Source: Candidatus Bathyarchaeota archaeon
GTDB taxonomy: Archaea > Thermoproteota > Bathyarchaeia > Bathyarchaeales > Bathycorpusculaceae
Direction: 5' to 3'
NCBI GenBank assembly: GCA_963782525.1
Contig: CAWAKC010000001.1
Coordinates: 32,001-96,000 of the forward strand
Length of the DNA: 64,000 nt
Below are positions 10,540 through 21,268 of this stretch, piece by piece (the first letter of the stretch is position 1; each line of letters begins with the position of its first letter). Under the pieces are notes generated by a model, which ran no database searches, had not been told where the DNA came from, and saw only the letters and a list, made by a program, of their open reading frames with translations. The translations under genes were made by a program, and so were the position numbers.

Positions 10540-10640
10540 GCAGTTTTATTCTATATCCGAGTTCGACATATTGCTAGAACCTGCCTAAGCCAGTTATATG
10601 CCGCCGAAAAAATAAGGTTTAATTAAAACCTCAATCTTTA

Positions 10641-11336
10641 GTGAATATGGAGAGGGCTTCAGCGGGAGTAATCATGAACTTTGTAGAGATTATGTTAGGG
10701 GAGAAATTGAAGGATGCGGATCCAGCGCTCGACATAATGGGCTCGGACCGCAAGGTTTTGCAGGTTGCTTGTCAAGACTTCACTAATTACCTCAAATTTC
10801 ATTGGAACCTGATTGGAAAAGAGGCAAACCAATGCGAACTCGTAGAGCGGCTAGAGAAGCTGTTTAAAGAAGACTCCGATGAACTGGATGCTTTTCTAAC
10901 AGTTTGGACGGGCATCTGGTTTAAGAAATGGAAAGAACGAGTCAAACTACTCATTGGAAACCAGAATGCAAACAAATGGAACAAAATGTCCAAAACACTT
11001 GCCGACGTCGAACCCATATGGCAAAAAACCGAGCACAAACAGGAACTCCAAGAAATCGTCGTCTCCACCCTCATAAAGAACGGCGAAATTTGCGGCACGG
11101 AAATCTTGGCTGAGAACCTCTTAAAGATGGAGCTCGGAGAGAAAAACCTCGAAAACGTCAATGACAAAGAGAGAATCTTCATAACAATAAACAATTCATT
11201 GCGTAAAGCTCGAGAAATGGCGCAGAGTCGGGGTCCACTTATTTTTGTCAAAATCGACAAAGGCTACTATAACGCGTATAGATCGACTATAAATTCCAAA
11301 TTTTTGCTTTTTAAGTTTTTTTGGAATCACTTTTAA
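10641..11336 (+). CDS. Hypothetical protein
   Basis: 231-aa ORF with typical soluble helical composition; no family recognised. Confidence 0.65.
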   Translation: MNMERASAGVIMNFVEIMLGEKLKDADPALDIMGSDRKVLQVACQDFTNYLKFHWNLIGKEANQCELVERLEKLFKEDSDELDAFLTVWTGIWFKKWKERVKLLIGNQNANKWNKMSKTLADVEPIWQKTEHKQELQEIVVSTLIKNGEICGTEILAENLLKMELGEKNLENVNDKERIFITINNSLRKAREMAQSRGPLIFVKIDKGYYNAYRSTINSKFLLFKFFWNHF

Positions 11337-11416
11337 ACCCTAAATTCCATGTCAGTGTAATACATAAAATAATCAATTTTGAAAAAGTTAAAATTAGAAA
11401 ATAAAAGTTGGACGAT

Positions 11417-11605
11417 TTAGCAGACTCTTACTCTTTGCAGAGACTTAGTCATCCATTTGTAATGACGCATGGTTTTTTGTTCGCCAAAGCCGCATGCCGC
11501 GCAACGTTTATGTCGCACGTGGTATGCGCGTCTTCCGCAGCGCCTACACATAATGTGGACAGTTTTGCCCTGGCGCTTACCCATTGATGGAGTGCCTTTA
11601 CCCAT
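11417..11605 (-). CDS. rpl37e: 50S ribosomal protein L37e
   Basis: [31 protein letters not shown] zinc ribbon. Confidence 0.97.
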   Translation of the reverse strand: MGKGTPSMGKRQGKTVHIMCRRCGRRAYHVRHKRCAACGFGEQKTMRHYKWMTKSLQRVRVC

Positions 11606-11610
11606 TCAAC

Positions 11611-11838
11611 TCACCTGGGTGGAGGCGAAATAAGGACTACGTTGTCTCCGCGAACGATGATTAGTCCCAGTTTCTTTTGTTCTTCAACAACTGTGGTATC
11701 TTCTGTCTCTTCTAGAACAAGGTTTAAGTGTTGATCGAAACCCTTCAGCCTGCCTCTGAGGCTTTTGCCGCCTTTTAAGCGTACAAGCACGATTTTGCTG
11801 AGGTTTTGTTCAAGGATTTCGGTTGTCATTTCGCTCAT
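11611..11838 (-). CDS. lsm: Sm-like archaeal protein (Lsm/SmAP1)
   Basis: Sm1 motif GRLKGFDQHLNLVL, Sm2 motif IIVRGDNVVLISP; upstream of rpl37e as is usual. Confidence 0.95.
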   Translation of the reverse strand: MSEMTTEILEQNLSKIVLVRLKGGKSLRGRLKGFDQHLNLVLEETEDTTVVEEQKKLGLIIVRGDNVVLISPPPR

Positions 11839-11990
11839 ATTGGAATCCTCAAGTATCTTTATGTCTTCTATACTTTATCTCTCTCCATTTAAACCTATCT
11901 CAAGGACTCAGGAAAAGAATTGACTATGTGGAAATGTTTGATGATTTCTCTATCAGCACCTATTCTCGGTAACTCCAAAAGAAACTCAAA

Positions 11991-12036
11991 AGAAGTAGTA
12001 GTCGAAGCGTTTTTTTCCTCTTCGTCGACTACTTCT
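11991..12036. repeat. Imperfect inverted repeat (hairpin) at the left edge of the accessory region
   Basis: agaagtagtagtcga...tcgactacttct. Confidence 0.5.
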
Positions 12037-12611
12037 AAACCTCAAAATTGAGGGCCCGAGTAACCTAATCTTAGTTTCTGTTCATTATCAAAAGAAAAGG
12101 GTTTTTCTTAGCCTTACAAGATCATTTCTTTAATCTTTTTTAAGTTTAAAAAAATAGATTACGGCAGCCCTTTCGGCCGTGCCAAAAACAAGTCAAAAAT
12201 CAAGACACGAAGACCTCCCAAGAAACTAAACCAGTGTTTCAAATGCGTCAGAGTGGGCGACGCAATGACTAAGCATTCACTCGCAGGCGAACATAAACCT
12301 CCATACATATAGCTGTGCATCCAACCCTGCCATGACGAAGCGCCCTTTTTTTGGTGCTCCCCAAACTGCGGCAAATGGAACTACATCAAAACCGAATAAA
12401 AGTACAAATAGCCTCAGAAAATCAAGAACCCAACGTTCAAGTTTTCATACCCACATATTGAAATATGAATCGTTACTCGTAGGATGCACCGCGTTTTATG
12501 TTAATGGGCTGGTACATGAAATTTATTGTTGCAAAAACAACAACCGCCAGTCTTCTCAAGATGCCAGGGGTATATTGTAAAACTATATAGCCTACTCTCG
12601 CCAAAATTTGC

Positions 12612-14136
12612 TTGGTTTCAAACATGCGAAGACTTTCACGAATGGTGAACATGCTCTGCGTGTTAGGTCTAATTTTTGGTTCAGTTGCAGGAATTCCACT
12701 GTCAAGCAGTGCTTTTGAGTCAACTGCTGTGGATGATGGCTTTACTGTTCCTCTGGAGCTTTGGAATTTTACGGTTCCTAATGCTACCGATTCAACAGTT
12801 GGAATCCAGTTGTCAAGACCGGTGGTTGCCGAGGGCGTTGTCTACATACGAGAACTTGACGTCCACACAATATCAGATCCTAATTACCACGATGAATTCG
12901 GATTTGGTCCGCCCCAAAGAACCATACTAACCCTCTATGCATTGAATGCCGCTACTGGGGCTAAACTGTGGAATTACACAACGACCTATTTGGATTACGG
13001 TTTAACAAACCCAATCGTTGCCAACGGCGTTGTCTACATGGCTACTTCAAATACTAATGGAAACGTGTATGCTCTAAGTGCTCTGACGGGCGCTTTACTT
13101 TGGAACCACACAACCCGTACACCGATGTATACTACCTTATCCGTTGTGAATAACAAAATATTTTTCTCCGGAATTGACGTGGGAATTGACCAAGGTTTCA
13201 ATATGTACGTTTGCCGCGCTGAACACATTAAATGGTGAAGAACTTTGGCGTTATTATGTTGGCTATGGAGACTCACCGTTCCCTGTTGCTGCCGATAGCG
13301 TGGTCTATTTTGGGGCAAACAAAGTCTTCTACGCCCTAAATGCGGATAACGGTGAGGTGCTCTGGAATCAATCAATTGGCCCCAATATAGTAGCATCGCC
13401 CACCGTTGCGAACGGTGTCATTTATGTATCCTCAAACAACTACGAGGGTAACAGCAACGTTTACGCGCTAAGCGTTGTGGATGGGCATAAAATTTGGATT
13501 AAACCTGTTTCCAACGAGTCGTTAACAGCCCCCACGGTTAACAACGGTGTGGTTTATTTTGGCTCTGGCAACTACTGTTATGCACTAAACGCTGCAAATG
13601 GCGTTAACCTGTGGAAATATCAAACAAATGATCTTTTGGTAGCCTATCCAAACATAGAATCACCCATCGTATCTGGCAAAGTGGTTTATTTTCGCTCAGG
13701 CGATACCATCTATGCCCTAGATGTTGCAAATGGTGAAAAATTTTGGAGCCATACCACCCCCCACACAGCACCACCAATCGTAACGAAAGATACATTGTAC
13801 TTTGCATCCAGCAACACAGTCTATGCCTTGCAGCTTCCAACAGATCCCATACCAGCAAACCCCACTGTCATGCCCACTCCAACTGCTACTCCAGAAACTT
13901 CGAGTAAAGAACCACCGCAAAATCAATGGCCTATCGTTTTGGCGATTATCGCTATAACTGTTGGAATGATTGTTCTCGTCGTTTTAAAGAAGATTCAGAT
14001 GAAGAAAAAGCCAGAACTACCGCTAAGGCAAAAAAATAACTGGCAAAAAAACGCTTACAATTCCAGCCCAATAAAGGCTTTTGGGCTTAACTATTTTATA
14101 TATTCTAGCTACAAGCAACATTTAATGATGCGTTAA
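12612..14136 (+). pseudogene. PQQ-like beta-propeller surface protein with C-terminal TM, split by a one-base frameshift near 13214
   Basis: Repeats of P.VANGVVY...YAL.A..G..LW in both ORFs; removing one C from tgccgcg restores MYVCALNTLNGEELW. Confidence 0.8.
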
Positions 14137-14177
14137 ATAAACTACCATAGAAATAGTAACAGCGACGGTATTCAAAA

Positions 14178-15212
14178 ATGCGCAAGCTAACTACGTTGAT
14201 TCTAATTGCAGTTATTGTGTCGCTTGTACTCAGTAGCGTTTTGTTTTTGTTCATCAATTATCATCCTTCGAGCTACGACTCGGGGTCCCAGCCGTCTAAG
14301 GAGTATCCCCAAATTTACATACGCTCCAATGGTAACATCGAAACAAATGGTGCCAATTCCTCAGCTATACCAATCAGCCGCAACGGCAACGTTTACACCC
14401 TAAACGCAGCCATGGAATTAGAAAACATGACTATCGAAAAAAGCAACATAGTGCTCGACGGCAACTACGTCCCAATTCAAATAGTAGGACCAGGCGGTTA
14501 CAAACATGGACCGACATTAGCGTACATCAACGTTGTAGGCGCAGAAAATGTTACTCTTCGCAATCTAAACGTTCCCCTGTTCCAGTTGCTGTTTCAAGGC
14601 TGTTTGCACTGCCAGGCATTGAATAGTAACTTTGTTTCAATCATAATGAATAACAGCAGAGCCATCTCAGTTTCTGAAAACAACGTTTGGTATGGCGCAA
14701 CAGTAGACTTGACGAATTCAAGTGATTGCACTGTATCCAACAGCACGGTACAGGGCTTTGGTCTAAAGAACGCTTATAATAACAGTTTGCTCAACAACAA
14801 CATGAGCGTAGTAAAACAGCTTGCAATAAGTATGGTTGATTCAAGCAGTAACCTGTTTTTCGGCAACAGGATCGAGAGGTCAATAAAACTGGTGGAGCTC
14901 ACAGGCAACTCGGGCAACAATCTATTTGTTGGGAACTTTGTACAGGGCTCTTTCAACTTGGACCCCACCATCAACTGCTCAGGAACAAACACGTTCTACC
15001 ACAACAACTTTGTTTACGTCTACTGGAACCAAACTTTACCTTCAACGCATAACAATTGGGACGGTAATTACTGGAATATCTACCAAGGCAAAGACAATAA
15101 TGGCGATGGAATAGGCGATTCTCCGCATCTTATTGACGCCAACAATCGAGATAACCATCCATTGATGACCCCAATTGACCTAAAATCAGAACCCCAACCA
15201 ACAATACCTTAA
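14178..15212 (+). CDS. Secreted right-handed beta-helix (NosD/CASH-like) protein
   Basis: Asn-ladder repeats, NTFYHNNF, GNYW...GDGIGD.P..ID.NN.D.HPLM tail; N-terminal TM. Confidence 0.8.
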   Translation: MRKLTTLILIAVIVSLVLSSVLFLFINYHPSSYDSGSQPSKEYPQIYIRSNGNIETNGANSSAIPISRNGNVYTLNAAMELENMTIEKSNIVLDGNYVPIQIVGPGGYKHGPTLAYINVVGAENVTLRNLNVPLFQLLFQGCLHCQALNSNFVSIIMNNSRAISVSENNVWYGATVDLTNSSDCTVSNSTVQGFGLKNAYNNSLLNNNMSVVKQLAISMVDSSSNLFFGNRIERSIKLVELTGNSGNNLFVGNFVQGSFNLDPTINCSGTNTFYHNNFVYVYWNQTLPSTHNNWDGNYWNIYQGKDNNGDGIGDSPHLIDANNRDNHPLMTPIDLKSEPQPTIP

Positions 15213-15632
15213 CTAATCTTTCAAGAATGTGGTAGGGCTGAGTGCTTGAATAGAAAATTACAATCATGCAACCTTGCAGAACACTTTATGCCGCCTTCCA
15301 TTTAGGTATCAACGCCTTACCACATACAAAAACGGCTTTTCTTCTTGGGAAAGCATCAGTTGTTAGGGGCGAAGATAGGGAGGGGAAATATGATGAGCCT
15401 TCAAGAGGGTCCTCGATGAATTTAGGGGATTTACCTTCTTTGGCTCTGATGATCGTTGGCTCTACCTTAAATCTGGCAATCCGAACCTTTGCGAGAACTG
15501 TTTTGGTCCACTCATTGGCAGTTCAGTTGCTCCAGGCTTGGTTTTCGGTGAAGGCCCAACGTAAGTGGCAAGAGCCCAAAGTCGTCATACAAGACGCTAT
15601 CACAAAAATCTGCACTTAACCCTTCTTTTCTT

Positions 15633-16943
15633 TCATACAATATCTGATCGGTTAAGCTTAGCGCTTTTTCGATACCTAATTATCAAAGCAGCAGAGAAAA
15701 CTGATAAAAGCAAGGGCAGGATCGCTAACCAAGATAACTCTGGGACAGAAGGAGTAGGATTTGTTGGTGAGTTTGATGGTTGTGGTGTCGAATTTGGATT
15801 GGAAACGTCTATTTTTGTCAACCAAGGTGCAATAGCAGTTGTGTTTATGCTTGAGTAGCCTGAGAGTGCGTAGCCGCCATCACTTGTTTGAATCACGCAA
15901 CTGGGTTGCCCAGTAAGATTCATAGCCCATTGTTCCTTACCAGCAGTATCTACTTTAACCAGCCGTAGGCCAGCCAACGCAAAACCCTCGTCACTTGTTT
16001 TAGTCATTGCAAAGGTTGGTCCCGCACCATAATAGTTCGTCCACTGTTCATTGCCCAAAGCATCTGTTTTTGTAATAGCCATGTTTTGGCCTCCTCCGTT
16101 GGAGCGGAGCCATATCCATCCACCTAAAGCGTAACCGTTGTCACTGGTTTGCGCAACAGTGCAAAGAAAGTTCATGTCTTGGTGAACAAAGGTTTTGTTC
16201 CAGTCTTGATTTCCGCTTGAATCAGCCTTAATAAGAAGGTAAAAGGAATTAGGTTGCTGGGTCTGCCCGCCAATAGCATAGCCCCCATCGCTAGTTTGGA
16301 TCAACGAGTTTGCATCCCCTAAACCGTAAGTTTTACTCCATTGCAGACCACCAGACGAATTAGTTTTTACAAGCCAAACTGTGTGGGTATAAGACGGAGG
16401 AGGAAAGACATGTCCTGTATAGTAATTTGAAACGGAAAGCACTGCAAAGCCTCCATCGCTGGTTCGGATTATGGCGCTTGGAATACTGGTTCCTGATCCA
16501 GCGTAAGATTGTCGCCATTGTTCTTTGCCGTATGCGTCTATTTTTATTAATGCTATCTTGTTTTGGTATTCAGCTATTGCTGCAAAGCCGCGGTCTGATG
16601 TTTGAATCAAATATTGTCCGCTGTCAACATCAAAAATAGAGCCAGTATAGCTGCCATTCCATTGCTGGTTACCGTTCGAATCAACTTTAACGATGTAAAA
16701 CACACCGCTAGCGTAGTTCGGGTCGTTGGAATTGTAATTAGTGGACAATAGTGCATACCCGCCGTCTGCAGTCTGAATAATGGTTTTCGATAGTTCGCCA
16801 AAACCAGGGTAAGTTTTGCTCCAAGCAGTCGATTGATTAACCTGAGCGTTAACCCCGGTATTTGTGAATAGACAAATGGCAAACGACGCAATCACGATAA
16901 CTGTTGTAACTTTGATTAGAGATTTAGCCCCATCTGAAATCAT
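15633..16943 (-). CDS. Secreted beta-propeller protein (QTSDGGY repeats) with VPEL-TM-basic tail
   Basis: Repeated IQT.DGGYA...LVK.D..G..QW; C-terminal PSVPEL + TM + RYRK. Confidence 0.82.
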   Translation of the reverse strand: MISDGAKSLIKVTTVIVIASFAICLFTNTGVNAQVNQSTAWSKTYPGFGELSKTIIQTADGGYALLSTNYNSNDPNYASGVFYIVKVDSNGNQQWNGSYTGSIFDVDSGQYLIQTSDRGFAAIAEYQNKIALIKIDAYGKEQWRQSYAGSGTSIPSAIIRTSDGGFAVLSVSNYYTGHVFPPPSYTHTVWLVKTNSSGGLQWSKTYGLGDANSLIQTSDGGYAIGGQTQQPNSFYLLIKADSSGNQDWNKTFVHQDMNFLCTVAQTSDNGYALGGWIWLRSNGGGQNMAITKTDALGNEQWTNYYGAGPTFAMTKTSDEGFALAGLRLVKVDTAGKEQWAMNLTGQPSCVIQTSDGGYALSGYSSINTTAIAPWLTKIDVSNPNSTPQPSNSPTNPTPSVPELSWLAILPLLLSVFSAALIIRYRKSAKLNRSDIV

Positions 16944-17409
16944 TTTTTTCTACTTTCTCTCACCTAAAGCATCTGTGGCGTTATGTTATAAATCTTGACT
17001 AATCCCGGTTCTTAAAATAATTCGAGTCGTTTTTGCAGGAGTAATTGGTTTGTCTAATAGATATGGTTCTTTGGTTAATGTTCTGGTTATGGCAGGCGTG
17101 ACTGTCAATGATGGTGTGATCTCTGCCGATGAAACTGTGGGTGCGGTGGAAGAGCAGTCGCGAATCCTTTACCTGATCCCAAAGAGTGCCCGCTACAGCC
17201 AAAGGAAGACTCAAGCAAGAGAAAGGTTGCAGACAAAAAGCACTAATAGTTTATTAGCCTAAACACGTCAACAAAACTCGAGACGAACACAAGTGTCTCA
17301 AAATAACCCGCGCGCAATTTTTAGACCAAGAGGGCATAGGAAATTATCAGATTTGAGTTTAACAAAAAATTGGCTAAAGGTTGAGCCTAATCATTTTTCC
17401 GAAGTATCT

Positions 17410-17552
17410 CGCTTACTTGCATTAGCACCCATAGGGCTAAGAATGAAATGACCAAGCATTAGCGCGCACGGAGCGAGGAGAAGTAAACGCTTGCTTGCAA
17501 GAGGTTAGCCCGATAAATTACACTAATAAGCGCTTGCTCGTAAGCAATTGCA
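17410..17552 (-). repeat. Vestigial promoter + signal-peptide module, copy 1
   Basis: Aligns with 24020-24163 (gcattagcacc...gcgaggagaa.taaacgcttgcttgcaagaggt...taagcaattgcac); minus strand reads KRLLLLAPCALM...MGANA. Confidence 0.7.
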
Positions 17553-17598
17553 CGGAAGAATATTGGCTAAATTGTTTTCAAAGAATTCTTTGCAAGGA

Positions 17599-17636
17599 TA
17601 ATTAAGAATTATGCTGGTAATTCCCATGATAATTAT
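17599..17636. repeat. TAATTA palindrome family, right-half copy
   Basis: taattaagaattatgctggtaattcccatgataattat matches the right halves of 20547-20607 and 21269-21331; a degenerate copy lies at ~17693-17727. Confidence 0.7.
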
Positions 17637-17876
17637 ACTCAAAAAGCCCAAAGCTATAGTCAGCGTAGAAAGCGGTAATCTCAAGGGGGTTATTAAAAAT
17701 TATACTGTAAAAATAGCGGATAATTATGGGTTTTTAGTTGTCTTACAAGCTAAAAGTTGATAGTTAAAAATATCATCCGATAAGTCTTTTATAGAAACAG
17801 CAGACAATAATCTGTTCGCATCTCATAATTTTACTTCTTCAGTTTTGAAGCGAATCTTCCAAGTCTTTTTGCAACT

Positions 17877-18479
17877 TCAGGAGCATTTCTTGTTAATCTT
17901 TTCAAACAACTCCACAAATGTTTCCTCTGATTGTGCGCCTGTTATTCTGTATTTGCCATTTACAATGAATGTTGGTACACCGCTAATATCGAGCTTTTTA
18001 GCTTCAGCACAGTTATCAGCAAAACTGTTTTGATACAATGGATTCTTTAAACAGTCTTCAATTTCTTTTCTATTTAGACCAATTTTCTCGCAAATTTCAA
18101 AAAGCACAGATTCTTTTCCAATATCAAGACAACGTTCAAAATAGGCTTTGAAGACCTCATGGGTGAATTCTTGATTTTTGCCGACTTTTCTAGCGTATTC
18201 ACCAACTATCAATGCCTTTTTTGAATTCGAAAGGAGTTTAGCATCACAGAAGTTAAGACCATACTCTTTTCCTCTGAACCTGAGATTTTCATACATCTCT
18301 TCTATTCCATAGATTCTTCCGCTTAGGTCTACTCCTTCTTCGGGTGTTTCAGGGTGGATTTCTATGCCGATGTGTTCTATTTCTATGTCGAATTTGTTTT
18401 TGAGTTTCTGAATGATTGCTTCACCCAGATAACAGAAAGGACAAATATAGTCTGAATACATCTTGATTTCAATCTTCAT
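17877..18479 (-). CDS. DsbA/FrnE-family thiol-disulfide oxidoreductase
   Basis: YSDYICPFCY and ISGVPTFIVNGKYRITGAQ. Confidence 0.9.
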   Translation of the reverse strand: MKIEIKMYSDYICPFCYLGEAIIQKLKNKFDIEIEHIGIEIHPETPEEGVDLSGRIYGIEEMYENLRFRGKEYGLNFCDAKLLSNSKKALIVGEYARKVGKNQEFTHEVFKAYFERCLDIGKESVLFEICEKIGLNRKEIEDCLKNPLYQNSFADNCAEAKKLDISGVPTFIVNGKYRITGAQSEETFVELFEKINKKCS

Positions 18480-18503
18480 CTAATCACTTTTAATCTGTTA
18501 GCT

Positions 18504-19268
18504 TTATTTTTGAAGGTTAAGCATCTCCTTGACGAGAGCTAAACCTTTTTGAGTTATGATGTAATCTCCCTTCGATGATTCTTGAGCTATCAACTTTGCA
18601 TTAACCAGTTTCTTTAAGTGGAATGCGAGATGACCAGCTTTGAGGTCTACGATTTTTGACAACTCAGAGAAACTCTTCTTTCCATTGTACACACTAGCTA
18701 GTAATTTGAGCCGTGAATCATTTCCTAAAGGTTCAAACAAGTTCTGCAAAAGAAATGGAATATCTAAAGACTGATTGTTAACCATCTTATCATTGCTAAC
18801 ATCTTTAACCAAGACTATTTCTTGGTACGCTCTTTTTTCACGCTTTAACTTCTTATCAAAGTTAGAAAAACAGTTTCCGCATTGCTGACCTTTGGTCTTT
18901 TCAACCATCAACTCGGTCTTAGCTATTCTGTCATCTAAATCTGCGAGAGCGACTTTTATTCCAGATTGTTTGATAACTTGTGTGTTTTCTTCTATTGTGT
19001 TTTTGTAATGCTCAAGACATTTGTTTCTGTTTTGGCAATCTTCTTTGACTAACAGAGCAATGTCTTGATTTAGAGATTGAGACCTCTGACCAGCATAGAC
19101 CAATAGGTGATTTTGCGAAAGAGTATCTTCAATTGCACGAAGACGTTCCTTTAAAACAGTTTCTTCTACCCTGTTCATGTCTGCTCTTAAACCTTTTATC
19201 TCCATCTTCAACTCAGCTATTGCACCAATTAAGTAATCGGATGATGAATCCTTGCCTGTGTTAGCCAA
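18504..19268 (-). CDS. ArsR-like winged-helix regulator with Cys-containing N-terminal region
   Basis: C-terminal RLKLL...KSFSELS...GHLAFHLKKL...GDYIITQKG; DCQNRNKC and QCGNC upstream. Confidence 0.8.
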   Translation of the reverse strand: MANTGKDSSSDYLIGAIAELKMEIKGLRADMNRVEETVLKERLRAIEDTLSQNHLLVYAGQRSQSLNQDIALLVKEDCQNRNKCLEHYKNTIEENTQVIKQSGIKVALADLDDRIAKTELMVEKTKGQQCGNCFSNFDKKLKREKRAYQEIVLVKDVSNDKMVNNQSLDIPFLLQNLFEPLGNDSRLKLLASVYNGKKSFSELSKIVDLKAGHLAFHLKKLVNAKLIAQESSKGDYIITQKGLALVKEMLNLQK

Positions 19269-19364
19269 ATACTGTACTTCCCTTTCATTTGCTGAGTATA
19301 TTCTAATTCCCTAAAAGTATATTAGAGTTTTGCAGCTATGCTTACATTATAGGATGTGTAAATT

Positions 19365-19763
19365 TTGGTAAGTATACCTAAAGAAGTAATGGATGTTTTA
19401 AGTGCAAGTGATTCAGCGAAAATGATAGCAACTATAGACGATAAAGGCATTCCAAACGTAGTTCCATTATGGTTTGTAGTAGTAGACTCCGAAACTATTG
19501 CGTTCGCAGAAGTTTTCATCAAGAAAACAAAAGAAAATCTTGAAAAAAACAAGCAAGTTGCTCTTGCAGTGTTCAAAGGACCAATGACAGGCTACCAACT
19601 AAAGGGAACATTCAGTGGTTTCCAAACAAGTGGACCAATTTTCGATAACTTCGCAAAGAAGAGTATGGAAACCATGAAAATGAAAATAAAAAGTGTTGGC
19701 ATAATAAAAGTCACAGAAGTCTTCTCTGCTTCGCCAGGACAAGGTAGCAAAAAACTAGCATAG
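19365..19763 (+). CDS. Pyridoxamine 5'-phosphate oxidase-like FMN-binding protein
   Basis: IATIDDKGIPNVVP, KTKENLEKN, GYQLKG. Confidence 0.85.
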   Translation: MVSIPKEVMDVLSASDSAKMIATIDDKGIPNVVPLWFVVVDSETIAFAEVFIKKTKENLEKNKQVALAVFKGPMTGYQLKGTFSGFQTSGPIFDNFAKKSMETMKMKIKSVGIIKVTEVFSASPGQGSKKLA

Positions 19764-19842
19764 ATGCAAACGTTTTACAAAACTCTCAAACACTTTTTTC
19801 TTTTTGTTGTCTATTTTAGGTTCAATATTTAGGTGATTTGAG

Positions 19843-20019
19843 ATGTCAGGTGAGATAGAAAAACAAGTCGAAGAAATCGTTAATGAAAAAGCCACTGCCG
19901 AAAGAATATCAAGTGTTATAGACGTTGCTGGTAAGGAATTTCCCTGCTTAACATGCGCTTCGAGAGATGAATGTGGAAGCTTTAAATGGTTTAATAAGTG
20001 GTTTGGAACAAAAATTTAA
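19843..20019 (+). CDS. Small 58-aa protein with CxxC-x5-C motif (below the ORF-track cutoff)
   Basis: AGGTGA RBS, ATG 19843, TAA 20017-20019; MSGEIEKQVEE...FPCLTCASRDECGSFKWFNKWFGTKI. Confidence 0.7.
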   Translation: MSGEIEKQVEEIVNEKATAERISSVIDVAGKEFPCLTCASRDECGSFKWFNKWFGTKI

Positions 20020-20106
20020 CTCTGGACAAGAGTAGTTATTTCGTAACTTATTGCGGTTTATCCTCTCAGCTTCATAACAAACTCTTGAAACAACGGCACC
20101 TAAGTA

Positions 20107-20160
20107 ATAATTATCCCATCTTTATCCAGTCTAATTAAGGATTATGTTGGTAGTTACCCT
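20107..20160. repeat. TAATTA palindrome family, degenerate copy
   Basis: ataattatcccatctttatccagtctaattaaggattatgttggtagttaccct. Confidence 0.6.
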
Positions 20161-20194
20161 TGTTAGCGCAACCGTTAGCATAAGCTCGGAAAAC

Positions 20195-20500
20195 TTAAGG
20201 AACGCTATCGAGGATTTCAAATATTTCCAGAGTTGGCTGAACTCCGTTCCTTTGGAATAGTTCAATTGCTTTGGGGGTCTTTGTGCTACTTCTCATTTTA
20301 TCTAGAGCGTCTCTGTTTTCCCAAATTGTTTGAATCCTGTAACTTTCAGGGGTCTTGCTGTTCCTTAGAAGTAAGGATGATACTAAGCCTGGCGGAACTG
20401 GCTCTCTTTTAGCTGACGCAAAATTCGCTTCAAATTCCTTGGCTCTTAAATTTGGCACCTTTCCCTCGACTATTGTAATTACTTGCATGAAGAATCCCAA
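20195..20500 (-). CDS. ABM (antibiotic biosynthesis monooxygenase)-like dimeric alpha-beta barrel protein
   Basis: PPGLVSSLLLR...YRIQTIWENRDAL pattern; ~100 aa. Confidence 0.7.
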   Translation of the reverse strand: MGFFMQVITIVEGKVPNLRAKEFEANFASAKREPVPPGLVSSLLLRNSKTPESYRIQTIWENRDALDKMRSSTKTPKAIELFQRNGVQPTLEIFEILDSVP

Positions 20501-20546
20501 TTAAAGAATGAATGTCTTCACTTCATAAGTATTACTTTTGGGCTAA

Positions 20547-20607
20547 TAATTATCAAGGGATTTTCGTCACTAATTAAGAATTATGGTGGTAACTCCCAAG
20601 ATAATTA
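20547..20607. repeat. TAATTA palindrome family, full ~61-bp copy
   Basis: taattatcaaggga...ctaa-ttaagaa-ttatg...tcccaagataatta, with inverted outer arms. Confidence 0.8.
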
Positions 20608-20704
20608 AGCCATTAATTGTTAACTGTTGACCAGGATGGCAAATCTTTGCGCTCGCAGCAAATAAGATAAACTATTTACGTCGTTACCAAATAAGTAGAA
20701 GGCA

Positions 20705-21211
20705 ATGAGAAAGATAACACTCATATCAATACTCATAGGCGTCTTACTAGTCGCATCGGGTTTTGTGTACTTCCAGAGCCTACAAAAACCCTCAGTTCCC
20801 TTGCTTACCCCAACACCGACCCAAGCAACACAAAACCCTTCTCTTATTAAGATCGCGAACTTTTCATTTACTGGCTATTACAACCCAGTGAATCAAGAAT
20901 GGAATTATCAATTCCAAGTCCAAGTCCAAAATGAACAAACAAGTGTCAATAACGGTGCAACTCTGACTTTTGATATTTTGAACAATTATACTATGCATAG
21001 GCAAATTGTAATCGGTGAACCCACAGTCCGCTATTTACCGCCAGGTGAACAATACCTTTTAGGCACAATTAAACCTGGGGAAAAAATAACAGTGAACGGT
21101 TTTATTGAAAACAACTTGGGTGACGATGCCAAACTAAGAGGCAGTACTTTTGTCGCTTACCTTAAGGTCAACAATACTCTTTTCGATGAGAAAAGCATAC
21201 TCTTAGACTAA
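20705..21211 (+). CDS. N-terminally anchored hypothetical protein, probable beta-sandwich
   Basis: N-terminal TM, PT linker, LGTIKPGE motif. Confidence 0.7.
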   Translation: MRKITLISILIGVLLVASGFVYFQSLQKPSVPLLTPTPTQATQNPSLIKIANFSFTGYYNPVNQEWNYQFQVQVQNEQTSVNNGATLTFDILNNYTMHRQIVIGEPTVRYLPPGEQYLLGTIKPGEKITVNGFIENNLGDDAKLRGSTFVAYLKVNNTLFDEKSILLD

Positions 21212-21268
21212 TTTGAATTTCTAGCTAGCGCTGCTGATTCTTGCGCAAAGTTAGCGTAGGTTGGGTAG

